A stretch of 64,000 bases of DNA. Source: an uncultured Acidobacteriota bacterium (GTDB lineage: Bacteria; Acidobacteriota; Thermoanaerobaculia; UBA5066; DATFVB01). Position numbers and translations under genes: made by a program. The stretch is taken from positions 32,001 to 96,000 of the forward strand of contig CAWEYG010000003.1 of the NCBI GenBank assembly GCA_963813155.1, read 5' to 3'. The notes below the pieces were generated by a model. The model was given only the letters and a program-made list of their open reading frames with translations, was not told the origin of the DNA and ran no database searches. Below are positions 1 through 8,415 of this stretch, one piece after another (position 1 is the first letter of the stretch; the number at the start of each line of letters is the position of its first letter).

Positions 1-1
1 C

Positions 2-556
2 CTTTCGGACCCCCTCGCGGCGCGCGGCAAGATCATTCGGCTTCGCTCGCTCGACGACGAGGATCGCCTCATCGGCTTCTCCGCGATCGAGGACATTCTC
101 CTCGGCCGGAAGCTCGAGCCGAAGCTGACCTTCAGCCGGTCGGCCGGCCAGGGCGAAGTGACGTTTCTCGTGTTGAATTCCTCGCCCGAGTGCTCGGAGC
201 TCTCGAGGCTGAACAACTGGGTCGACCTTCGGATGGAGGGAGGGCGGCTTCTGGACATCCATCCGGGAGACTTCGACCGATTCGAATTTCTCGATGCCGC
301 CGGAAAGCAGTCGATCGCGGCCCGCGCGAGAACGATCCGGTTCTTCGAGAACTTCGTCGCTCCGGGAGAATCGATGACCGCGGGGCCGATTCGCTATTCG
401 GGCAATGCGACGTTCTTCGCCTCGGCGCACGTGACGCTTCCGGACGGGAAAGTTCTCGAGGTCGGCGAGTCGCTCGTCGCCGAGGTGCCGGGCGGCGGTT
501 CGCCGCCTTCAGCCGAGAAGCCGCCGGGCCGCCCGAAGAGCGGCATTCGCCGCTAG
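2..556 (+). CDS. Hypothetical protein, 5'-truncated by the window edge
   Basis: Frame open from position 2 (LSDPLAARGKIIRLRSLDDED...) through the 158..556 ORF to TAG; coding-like codon use; no recognisable motif. Confidence 0.65.
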   Translation, partial: LSDPLAARGKIIRLRSLDDEDRLIGFSAIEDILLGRKLEPKLTFSRSAGQGEVTFLVLNSSPECSELSRLNNWVDLRMEGGRLLDIHPGDFDRFEFLDAAGKQSIAARARTIRFFENFVAPGESMTAGPIRYSGNATFFASAHVTLPDGKVLEVGESLVAEVPGGGSPPSAEKPPGRPKSGIRR

Positions 557-1384
557 CGAAAGACCGTCGAACGCGAACCAGACGGATACGCGTTCCGACG
601 CCAGAACCGGCGGATCGAGCATCACGCGGGTCTCCTCGACGGCCGCGGCCGTGGACGCTCCGCCCGGGGAGGCTCCCCGGGACAATTCCGGAGCGGCGCC
701 GAGACGCCGAATCGCGCTCTTCGCCTCCCGCTCGTTCGCAAATCGCAGGAGGGCCGAGCCGGCGTACCCGTGAAAGACCGCGACCCGGGCGCAAATCGCG
801 GAAATCCGGCACGGGGGGAAGCGGCGCTCGAGCGAGGATCGAACGGCAGTCTCCAGAGATTCCGACGCCCTGTCGCGGAACGCGTTGAAGGCGAGTCTCT
901 CTCCGAAGACGGACGCCTCGGCCGGGCGAAAGTTCAGCGACGCTCCCGCTTGCGCGAAGAGCTCCTCGACGCCGCCGGCTCCGGCTTCGGAGGCGGGCAG
1001 AAGGATCGTGAACGAAGCTTCCGCGGGAAGCGGTTCGATCGCCGCCAGAATCGCAGCGCAGCCCTCGGCCGCGGGTGGCTCGTCGGCGACGTCGAACATC
1101 GGAATGCCGGCCGCGGAGGCGAGAGCCTTGCATTCGGCGTCCGCGGGCGAGCCCGCCAGGATCACGAGGTCGAGATCGCCGATCGACTCGCGGGTGGGGC
1201 CCTGCAGGACCTCCGCCTCTCCGTCGATCTCCCAGAGCTTGCCCGCCTCTTCGGCGTGCCCCAGCGGGACGAATCGGGACACGGGAAGGGAGTTCTCGTG
1301 AAAGACCTCGCGGAGCTGCCGGGCGAGCGGGCCCTTCGGATCGGTCAGGCCAATTCGGAGCTTGCGCTCGGCGGGACGCGTCAC
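509..1384 (-). CDS. Asd/ArgC-dimerisation-domain protein (degenerate aspartate-semialdehyde dehydrogenase/USG-like)
   Basis: GTG start overlaps pssA stop (GTGA); Asd-like segments 'ASEAGAGGVEEL', 'VFGERLAFN', 'CARVAVFHG'; Rossmann glycine motif and catalytic residues degenerate. Confidence 0.7.
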   Translation of the reverse strand: MTRPAERKLRIGLTDPKGPLARQLREVFHENSLPVSRFVPLGHAEEAGKLWEIDGEAEVLQGPTRESIGDLDLVILAGSPADAECKALASAAGIPMFDVADEPPAAEGCAAILAAIEPLPAEASFTILLPASEAGAGGVEELFAQAGASLNFRPAEASVFGERLAFNAFRDRASESLETAVRSSLERRFPPCRISAICARVAVFHGYAGSALLRFANEREAKSAIRRLGAAPELSRGASPGGASTAAAVEETRVMLDPPVLASERVSVWFAFDGLSLAANAALRAARRLLG

Positions 1385-2130
1385 GCGGACTTCTTGAACC
1401 GGGCGCGCACGAACGCGAAGGCTCGCGTCGCCGGGCCGGACAGGGCGAACACCGCGGAGACCGTCACGAGAGAAAACGCCGGGCGGAACCCGACGAGCGC
1501 CATCACGAGCGCGATGACGAGGAGGACGCCGACGGGCCGCTTCCTCTTGAGATCCAGGTCTTTGAAAGACCGGTATCGGATCGTCGAAACCATGAGGTAC
1601 GACAGCGCCGCCGTCATGGCGAGGAGAAGGAAGACGCCGACTCTCGTCAGGTGAGCCCCGGGCTGGGCGAGAACGAGGCCTGCGGGAACGGCGGCGGCCA
1701 TGGGGATCGGAAGACCGACGAAATAGCGCTTGTCGACGACGTGCGTCTGGATGTTGAAACGCGCGAGCCGCATCGAACCGCAGACGACGAACAGAAACGA
1801 GATCATGAAGCCCAGGCGTTTGAAGTCGGGGTCTCCCGAGAGCCCCCAGAAGTAGAGCAGGATGGCCGGAGCCATCCCGAACGAAATCACGTCGGCCAGC
1901 GAGTCGTATTGCTCGCCGAATTCCGACGCGGTGTTCGTCAGGCGGGCCACCCGGCCGTCGAGGCCGTCGAGCAGCGCGGCAATGAAGATGAGGCCGGCCG
2001 CCCATTCGAACGACGCATTGATCGAGTTCCACACCGACAGATATCCGCAAAAGAGGTTGCCGACCGTGAAAAGGGTCGGAAGAACATACAGACCGCGGCG
2101 CGAGAGCCGGCGCTTTTCCGCGACGGTCAA
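1381..2130 (-). CDS. pssA: CDP-diacylglycerol--serine O-phosphatidyltransferase
   Basis: CDP-alcohol phosphotransferase motif DGLDGRVAR...GEQYDSLADVISFG; 'RLARFN'; adjacent to psd. Confidence 0.93.
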   Translation of the reverse strand: MTVAEKRRLSRRGLYVLPTLFTVGNLFCGYLSVWNSINASFEWAAGLIFIAALLDGLDGRVARLTNTASEFGEQYDSLADVISFGMAPAILLYFWGLSGDPDFKRLGFMISFLFVVCGSMRLARFNIQTHVVDKRYFVGLPIPMAAAVPAGLVLAQPGAHLTRVGVFLLLAMTAALSYLMVSTIRYRSFKDLDLKRKRPVGVLLVIALVMALVGFRPAFSLVTVSAVFALSGPATRAFAFVRARFKKSA

Positions 2131-2768
2131 TTCGATCCCGCCGTCCGCGCGATGACGCTCAGGCCCGCCTTGACCTTGTCGCCCTCGCGAACCGCGACGG
2201 CGGCCTCTTCGGGAAGGAAGAGGTCGACGCGGGAGCCGAAGCGGATCATGCCGATCCGCTCGCCGCGAGCCAGCGTGTCTCCGGGCTTCTTCCGGAAGAC
2301 GATTCGGCGCGCGAGCGCTCCGGCGATCTGCTTGAAAACGACGCGCCGGCCGTCGCCGGTCACCTCGATGCGGTTCTGCTCGTTTTCGAACGAGGCCTTG
2401 GGGGAGAAGGCCGCGAGCTTCTTGCCCGGCGAATAGGAATACGAGGTCACCGCGCCGGAGATCGGCGAGCGGTTCACGTGGCAGTTGACGACGGACATGA
2501 AGATGACGATCTTTTTCGGCAACCCCTTCGGCGTTTCGTTCGGTTCGGCCTGCCCGATCGACAGGATCGTTCCGTCGGCCGGGGAAAGAACGGCGTCGTC
2601 GGGGGCGGAGCTCGAGCGCTCCGGATCCCGGAAAAATTGAACGAGAAACGCCGTGACCATGAAAAAGGCGGCCGCCACCCAGATCGGAAGTGTTGCGGCC
2701 GCCAGAACCGTCAGGACGAGGGGCGGGACGATGAAGGCCCAGCCGCCTCGGGCGATCGGGAGTCTCAC
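2127..2768 (-). CDS. psd: Phosphatidylserine decarboxylase proenzyme
   Basis: FFRDPER, SPADG, HVNRSP and FGSRVD self-cleavage motif. Confidence 0.93.
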   Translation of the reverse strand: MRLPIARGGWAFIVPPLVLTVLAAATLPIWVAAAFFMVTAFLVQFFRDPERSSSAPDDAVLSPADGTILSIGQAEPNETPKGLPKKIVIFMSVVNCHVNRSPISGAVTSYSYSPGKKLAAFSPKASFENEQNRIEVTGDGRRVVFKQIAGALARRIVFRKKPGDTLARGERIGMIRFGSRVDLFLPEEAAVAVREGDKVKAGLSVIARTAGSN

Positions 2769-2986
2769 GCGGTTGCGGTTTCGCGGTACCTGCGCAGGAT
2801 CGCCTCCATCTGGTCTTTCAAAGCGAGTTTTTCCTTTTTCAGACGCTTTTCTTCGAAGTCCTCTTCCTCGGTGAGATGGCCTTTCTCCGCGAGCTGGTGG
2901 AGAAGCTGTTCGTGCTCCTGATGAAGATGCGCGAGCCTCTGGTACTGTTCGTCCTGGACGAGCTCCATCGGTACCTCTCTCTCCAT
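2765..2986 (-). CDS. DUF465/YdcH-like small coiled-coil protein
   Basis: 73 aa with 'H...LKKEKLALKD' pattern; strong SD (AAAGGAG) upstream. Confidence 0.75.
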   Translation of the reverse strand: MEREVPMELVQDEQYQRLAHLHQEHEQLLHQLAEKGHLTEEEDFEEKRLKKEKLALKDQMEAILRRYRETATA

Positions 2987-3052
2987 TACCGACTCTCCTT
3001 TCCGTTTTGGATTTCGCGCCGGGGGGAAGAAACCGGGTTCACGGCAGGGATT

Positions 3053-3550
3053 TTATCGGGAGCGAACCCCCAGATCAAGGAGCGACAACATCATGACCAT
3101 CGCGTCTTCGCCGTCCTTGTAATACCGGCGGCGTCGCCCGATCTCGATGAAACCAAACCCCGAATAGAATCGGATGGCGAGCGCGTTCGAAAGGCGCACC
3201 TCGAGAACGATCGAGCTCGCGAGCTGCGACCGGCCCGCCGAGATGGCGTCGTTCATGAGGCGGGTGCCGTGTCCCTCGCCGCGGACGGCGGGGTCTGTCG
3301 CGATTTTGTTGATGTGGAATTCGTCGAAAAGCGTGACGGCAAAAAGGTAACCGCCGAGCCGGGGAGAGCCGCCGATCTGCCGGTCGAGGACGCGGTGGTA
3401 GCGATGGGAATCGCGCAACTCGCCCGCGAAAAATTCGCGCCGCCACGGAACGGGAAACGACGACGCCTCTATGGCGGCGATCGCGTCGAGGTCCCCTTCG
3501 TCCGCCGGCCGGAGGCGGTAGAGCGAGAATTCAGGGCGTGCCGAGGCCAC
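3053..3550 (-). CDS. rimI: Ribosomal protein S18 alanine N-acetyltransferase (GNAT)
   Basis: 'SFPVPW', 'RGEGHG', 'LEVRLSN..AIRFY..FGF...GRRRRYY..GEDA'; GTG start after GAGGAG; follows tsaB. Confidence 0.88.
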   Translation of the reverse strand: MASARPEFSLYRLRPADEGDLDAIAAIEASSFPVPWRREFFAGELRDSHRYHRVLDRQIGGSPRLGGYLFAVTLFDEFHINKIATDPAVRGEGHGTRLMNDAISAGRSQLASSIVLEVRLSNALAIRFYSGFGFIEIGRRRRYYKDGEDAMVMMLSLLDLGVRSR

Positions 3551-4169
3551 GGTACTCCTCCGCCGCGGACAGGCGGACATACGACGCCCGGGGCGTGTCG
3601 GTCGCCGGCCCGGGCGAGCGCAGGATCGCGCGGGCGGCGGCGAGAGCGGGAAGGTCGATTCCCGTCCTGCCGGCGGCGTCGAGGTTCACGAGCGGGAAGC
3701 CGGGGGAACACGCGGCGGACAGCGATTCCCGGAGACGGAGCGCTGGAGGCTTCAGTTCGCGCGCTCGGGACGCTTCGAGGTCGTATTCCCCGAAATACAC
3801 CTCATCGCGCTCGGCGTCGAACGACGCGTACGCGCGGGTTGCCCCCGATTCGCGGGCGAGCTCCGCGACCGCCTCCAGCGAGCCGAACGTCTCGATCGGG
3901 ATCGAACGCGCCCGCGACAAACCCCAGGCGGTCGCGAGGCCGACCCGGATTCCCGTGAAGGATCCCGGGCCGGAACAGACGGCGAGGCGTCCGATGTCGG
4001 CGAGGCGAAGCCGCGCCGCCGAGAGAATCGATTCGAGAACCGGAAGCAAGGCTTCCGAAGACTGGCGCCCGGTCGGGAGCGGCGCCTGGCGTTCGAGGCG
4101 CTCTCCCGCGAGCGCGAGGCCGGGCAACGGGGTCGCGGTGTCGATTGCCAGAACCCACATCGGCTTCAC
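3531..4169 (-). CDS. tsaB: tRNA threonylcarbamoyladenosine biosynthesis protein TsaB
   Basis: 'LAIDTAT', 'GPGSFTGIRVG', 'DAERDEVY'. Confidence 0.9.
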   Translation of the reverse strand: MKPMWVLAIDTATPLPGLALAGERLERQAPLPTGRQSSEALLPVLESILSAARLRLADIGRLAVCSGPGSFTGIRVGLATAWGLSRARSIPIETFGSLEAVAELARESGATRAYASFDAERDEVYFGEYDLEASRARELKPPALRLRESLSAACSPGFPLVNLDAAGRTGIDLPALAAARAILRSPGPATDTPRASYVRLSAAEEYRGLGTP

Positions 4170-4201
4170 GTCCTTTCGTATGTTACCATCGCCGCCCTTC
4201 C

Positions 4202-6787
4202 ATGAGCAGCGCCAACCCGAGGCTCACACCCATGCTCCAGCAATATTTCGAGGCGAAGTCTCGCGCCGGCGACGCGATTCTTCTCTACCGGATGGGCGAT
4301 TTCTTCGAGCTCTTCTTCGAGGACGCGACGCTGGCGGCGCCGCTGCTCGGGCTGACGTTGACTTCGCGCAACAAGGATTCCGACATCGAAGCCCCGATGT
4401 GCGGGATGCCGCACCACGCCGTCGAGGGATACATCGCCCAGCTCGTGGCGGCCGGCCACCGCGTCGCGGTGTGCGACCAGGTCGAAGACGCGCGCAAGGC
4501 CAAGGGCCTCGTCCGGCGCGAGATCACGCGGATCGTCAGCCCCGGCACCGTGACGGAGCCGGAATCGCTGACCCCCGCCGCGAACTATCTCGCCGCCGCG
4601 GTTTTCGAGAAGGAATCGGCCGGAATCGCCCTCCTGGACCTTTCGACGGGGGAGTTTCGGGCGGGGACGTTTCCCGCCGCCGACGTCGGTGACGTGCTCG
4701 CGACGTACGGGGCGCGCGAGCTGCTGATTCCCGAGAGCGCGTCCGGGGATGGGTTCCGGGTCATCACGACGAGACGGCCCGACTCGGTCTTCTCGCGCGC
4801 GGCGGGCGAGAAGAAGCTTCGCGAGACGTTCCGCGTCGCCTCCGTCGAAGCCCTCGGATTCGCGCCGGGCGATCCGAGCCTCGGCGCCTGCAACGCGGCC
4901 CTCGAGTACGCCCGGGAGAACCGGCGGGCCGACACGCTCCACATCGCGGCGCCGGCGCCGCTTTCTCCGGGCCGGCATCTTCGCCTGGACGCGGCCACCC
5001 TCTCGCACCTGGAAGTCTTCGAGGGTTCCGATCCGCGGTCGAAAGCGAACCTCTTCTCGGTCCTCGACTGCTGCTCTTCGCCGATGGGATCGCGGGCGCT
5101 TCGCGAGTTCCTCGCGCGTCCCCTTCGCGATTCGGCGGAAATCGCCCGCCGGCTCGACGCCATCGAGGAGCTCGCCTCGGATTCCGGGGCGCGCGCTGCC
5201 CTGCGAGCGGGCCTTTCGGGGGTCGGCGATCTCGCCCGCAAGGTCTCGCGAATCGCGCTCCAGTGCGCGGGACCGAGGGAAGTGGAGGGGCTGCGCCTGT
5301 CGCTTTCGCGCGTGGGGCCGATCCGCGAGTCCCTCTCCGGCCTTCGGTCGGAACTGGCGGCCGCGCTCTTTCGGAGATTTCCGGAATGGAAGGACCTCGA
5401 AGCGCGAATCGGGGAAACACTCGGCGAAAATCCGCCGGCCGTGATTTCCGCCGGAGGCGCGATTCGCGACGAGGCCGACCCCGAGCTCGCCGAGCTGCGG
5501 GCGATCCAGCGCGACGGCCGGGGAGCGCTCATCCGGTTCGAGGCGCGCGAAAAGGAACGCACGGGCATTTCCACGCTGAAGGTCCGCTACAACCGCGTGT
5601 TCGGCTATTCGATCGAGGTCTCGCGGGGCCAGCGGGAAAAGGCTCCTGCCGACTACGTGCGCCGGCAGACTCTCGCGAACGCCGAGCGGTTCACGACCGC
5701 CGAGCTGGGGGACCTCGAATCGAAGATTCTCGGCGCGGAGGAGAAGATCCTCGAGATCGAGGTCCGGATCTTCGATGCGCTCGCCTCGCACCTCGCGTCG
5801 GAGGCCGGGCGGCTCGCGGACATCGCCCGCGTTCTCGCCGAGACGGACCTTTATTGTTCCCTCGCGGAGACGGCCGTCGCGAGGAACTACACGCGGCCCG
5901 CCCTCTCCGAGAGCCCCGTCATCCGCATCGTCGAGGGCCGCCACCCGGTCGTCGAGGCGTTTCGGAAGGATGACCCTTTCGTTCCGAACGACACGGCGCT
6001 TTCCGACGAGAGCCGGATCGTCGTTCTGACCGGGCCCAACATGGGCGGAAAATCCACGTATCTCCGGCAGACCGCGCTGATCGCCCTGCTCGCCCGCGCC
6101 GGGTCCTTCGTGCCGGCCCGCGAGGCCGAAATCGGGCCGATCGACAGGATCTTCACCCGCGTCGGAGCCGCCGACCACCTGGCCCGGGGCGAGTCGACGT
6201 TCATGGTCGAGATGATCGAGGCGGCGAACATCCTGCGCAATGCGACGCCCGAAAGCCTCGTGATCCTGGACGAAGTGGGGCGCGGCACCTCGACGTTCGA
6301 CGGCCTGTCGCTCGCGTGGGCGATCGTCGAAGAGCTCCGGGACAACCCGGCGAGGCGCGCGTTCACGCTCTTTGCGACCCACTACCACGAGATGACGGAG
6401 CTGGCGGCGACGGCGCCGGGGGTCGCGAACTTCACGATGGCGGTTCGCGAATGGGAGGGCCGGGTCGTCTTTCTCCGGAAAGTGATTCCGGGGGGCGCGG
6501 ACCGTTCGTACGGCATCCACGTTGCCGAGCTCGCCGGAATCCCGCCGGCCGTCATCTCCCGCGCGAAGGAGATCCTCGCGAACCTCGAGCGGCAGGAGCT
6601 GGACGTCCACGGGCTGCCGAAATTCGCGCGCAAGGAGGGGGAGGAGAGCGGCTCGGGGCAATACGCGCTCTTTTCCGGCGCCGACGAGATGGTGCTCGAA
6701 AAACTCCGCCAGGCCGACCTGAACCAGATGACGCCCGTTTCGGCGCTTTCCCTGCTCGCGACGCTGCAGGACCGACTCCAGAAGTGA
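4202..6787 (+). CDS. mutS: DNA mismatch repair protein MutS
   Basis: 'TPMLQQY', 'RMGDFFELF', Walker A 'TGPNMGGKST', 'STFMVEM', 'DEVGRGTST', 'FATHYHE'. Confidence 0.97.
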   Translation: MSSANPRLTPMLQQYFEAKSRAGDAILLYRMGDFFELFFEDATLAAPLLGLTLTSRNKDSDIEAPMCGMPHHAVEGYIAQLVAAGHRVAVCDQVEDARKAKGLVRREITRIVSPGTVTEPESLTPAANYLAAAVFEKESAGIALLDLSTGEFRAGTFPAADVGDVLATYGARELLIPESASGDGFRVITTRRPDSVFSRAAGEKKLRETFRVASVEALGFAPGDPSLGACNAALEYARENRRADTLHIAAPAPLSPGRHLRLDAATLSHLEVFEGSDPRSKANLFSVLDCCSSPMGSRALREFLARPLRDSAEIARRLDAIEELASDSGARAALRAGLSGVGDLARKVSRIALQCAGPREVEGLRLSLSRVGPIRESLSGLRSELAAALFRRFPEWKDLEARIGETLGENPPAVISAGGAIRDEADPELAELRAIQRDGRGALIRFEAREKERTGISTLKVRYNRVFGYSIEVSRGQREKAPADYVRRQTLANAERFTTAELGDLESKILGAEEKILEIEVRIFDALASHLASEAGRLADIARVLAETDLYCSLAETAVARNYTRPALSESPVIRIVEGRHPVVEAFRKDDPFVPNDTALSDESRIVVLTGPNMGGKSTYLRQTALIALLARAGSFVPAREAEIGPIDRIFTRVGAADHLARGESTFMVEMIEAANILRNATPESLVILDEVGRGTSTFDGLSLAWAIVEELRDNPARRAFTLFATHYHEMTELAATAPGVANFTMAVREWEGRVVFLRKVIPGGADRSYGIHVAELAGIPPAVISRAKEILANLERQELDVHGLPKFARKEGEESGSGQYALFSGADEMVLEKLRQADLNQMTPVSALSLLATLQDRLQK

Positions 6788-7791
6788 AGGCGTCCCGTTT
6801 CTTCCTCGTGGGAGTGGAGGCGGAGTCGCTGAGCGGGCGCGAGCGCGAATTGTTCGGCCGGTATCCGCCGGGCGGGGTCGTGCTGTTCGCGAGGAACATG
6901 GTCTCGGCCTCCGGGCTCCTTTCGCTCGCCGTCGAGCTGCGGGATCGGATTCCGGGCGTCTGGCTGTGCGTGGATCAGGAGGGCGGCCCGGTCGATCGCT
7001 TCCGGGCGATCGCGGGAAGCTCGATATCGGCGGCGTGCGCGGCGCGAAACGGAATTTCGCGGGCGGCGGGCGAGGCGGCCGGAGCGCTCTGCGCGTCGTT
7101 CGGAATCGACCTCGACCTGGCCCCGGTCGTCGACCGCGCGGTACCCGCGGCCGGCGGCGTCGTGTTGACGGAGAGGGTCGTCGCCGAAAATCCCGAAGAG
7201 GTCGCCGCGGCGGCCCGCGAGTTTCTCGGGGGGCTGGCGGAATTCGGGGTCGCCGGTTGCCTGAAACATTTTCCGGGCCTCGGGCGGGGCGCCGTGGACT
7301 CGCACTTTCTCCTCCCGGTGATCGACGAGGACGCCCGCCAGTTGAAGGCCGACCTGTCGCCCTTCGCGGCGTTGAGAGAAGTGCCGGCCGTGATGGTGTC
7401 GCATGCGGCGATCGGCCGCGAAGGTCTGCCCGCTTCGCTCTCGAGCGCGATCGCGAGGGACCTTCTTCGCGGCGAAGTCGGATTCGCGGGCGCGGCGATC
7501 TCGGACGATCTCGAAATGGGCGCGCTCTCCGCCTTCGGCTCGCTCGCGAACCGAGCCGCCGCCGCCTTCGCCGCGGGCTGCGATCTTCTGTGCGTGGGAA
7601 AGGACAACGCGTCCCTGCCGGAGGCCGCGGAGGCGATCGAGCGGATGGTTCCGGCCCGGCGAATGGCGGAAGCGGACGAGAGGCTGGACCGATTCCGGGG
7701 AGATCTGACGCGGATTCGGGGGCAGGCTCGGCGCGAGCCACCCCCGCTCGACGAGGTCATCGCGTCGATCGAAGAGCTGCGAAACCTCTAA
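6784..7791 (+). CDS. nagZ: Beta-N-acetylhexosaminidase (GH3)
   Basis: 'VDQEGG', 'KHFPGLG....DSH' NagZ signature, 'SDDLEM'; GTG overlaps mutS stop. Confidence 0.88.
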   Translation: MKASRFFLVGVEAESLSGRERELFGRYPPGGVVLFARNMVSASGLLSLAVELRDRIPGVWLCVDQEGGPVDRFRAIAGSSISAACAARNGISRAAGEAAGALCASFGIDLDLAPVVDRAVPAAGGVVLTERVVAENPEEVAAAAREFLGGLAEFGVAGCLKHFPGLGRGAVDSHFLLPVIDEDARQLKADLSPFAALREVPAVMVSHAAIGREGLPASLSSAIARDLLRGEVGFAGAAISDDLEMGALSAFGSLANRAAAAFAAGCDLLCVGKDNASLPEAAEAIERMVPARRMAEADERLDRFRGDLTRIRGQARREPPPLDEVIASIEELRNL

Positions 7792-7799
7792 AACGGCGT

Positions 7800-8216
7800 C
7801 TAGAAGGGCACGTCGTCGTCGTCGTCCGGGGTGCCGGCGGGGGCGACAGCCTGCGGGAATTCACCGCGCGCGGCTCCGTCGACCCGGGGAGAGAGCATCA
7901 GAACATTGTTCGCCTTGATCTCGGTCTTGTAGCGCTTTTGCCCGCTCGCGTCGTCCCACGACCGTGTCTGCAGGCTTCCCTCGACGTAAACCATTTTTCC
8001 CTTGTGAAGGTACTCGCCGCAGATCTGGGCGAGCTTGTCCCACGCGACGATCGAATGCCATTCCGTCCGCTCCTGACGTTCGCCGGTCGTGCGGTCCTTC
8101 CACGTGTCGGTCGTGGCGATGCGGAATTTCGCGAGGGCGGTGCCGCCCTGCGTCGTCGAAATTTCGGGATCCGCTCCGAGGTGGCCGATCAGGATGACTT
8201 TGTTGACGCTTGCCAT
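7800..8216 (-). CDS. ssb: Single-stranded DNA-binding protein
   Basis: 'SVNKVILIG', 'TEWH', acidic tail DDDDDVPF. Confidence 0.97.
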   Translation of the reverse strand: MASVNKVILIGHLGADPEISTTQGGTALAKFRIATTDTWKDRTTGERQERTEWHSIVAWDKLAQICGEYLHKGKMVYVEGSLQTRSWDDASGQKRYKTEIKANNVLMLSPRVDGAARGEFPQAVAPAGTPDDDDDVPF

Positions 8217-8265
8217 GTCTTCTTCCTCCTCATGTTGTAAGGCGAAATCTTAACCCGAAACGCGA

Positions 8266-8400
8266 TCGCTCGGACTGCTCGGGTTTAGCCCCAGCGCCGG
8301 CTCGGCAAATCTCTTCGACCCTCGGCCGCAGTTCGCTTCCCTCGGGATCTCAGAGATCAGCCTGCGCCGACGCGTTGACCCGACCCCTCGCTCCGAGCGA
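8266..8400. repeat. Structured intergenic element, copy 1 (long imperfect hairpin; core 8287-8380 shared with 62006-62100)
   Basis: Core matches copy 2 with 10 substitutions and 1 indel; outer arms TCGCTCGGA (8266-8274)/TCCGAGCGA (8392-8400) also pair. Confidence 0.85.
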
Positions 8401-8415
8401 GCTTACAATCTCGGG

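Noticed and set aside
4166-7741. Very long antisense/alternate-frame ORFs (also 49792-52240, 61190-63868, 38814-41615 and others)
   Set aside because: Arg/Pro/Gly-rich shadow ORFs expected at high GC, overlapping well-supported genes.
8287-8380. Element as SRP RNA, tRNA, hammerhead/HDV ribozyme or CRISPR repeat
   Set aside because: It lacks the SRP domain IV motif, cloverleaf, CUGAnGA/GAAA core and any spacer array.
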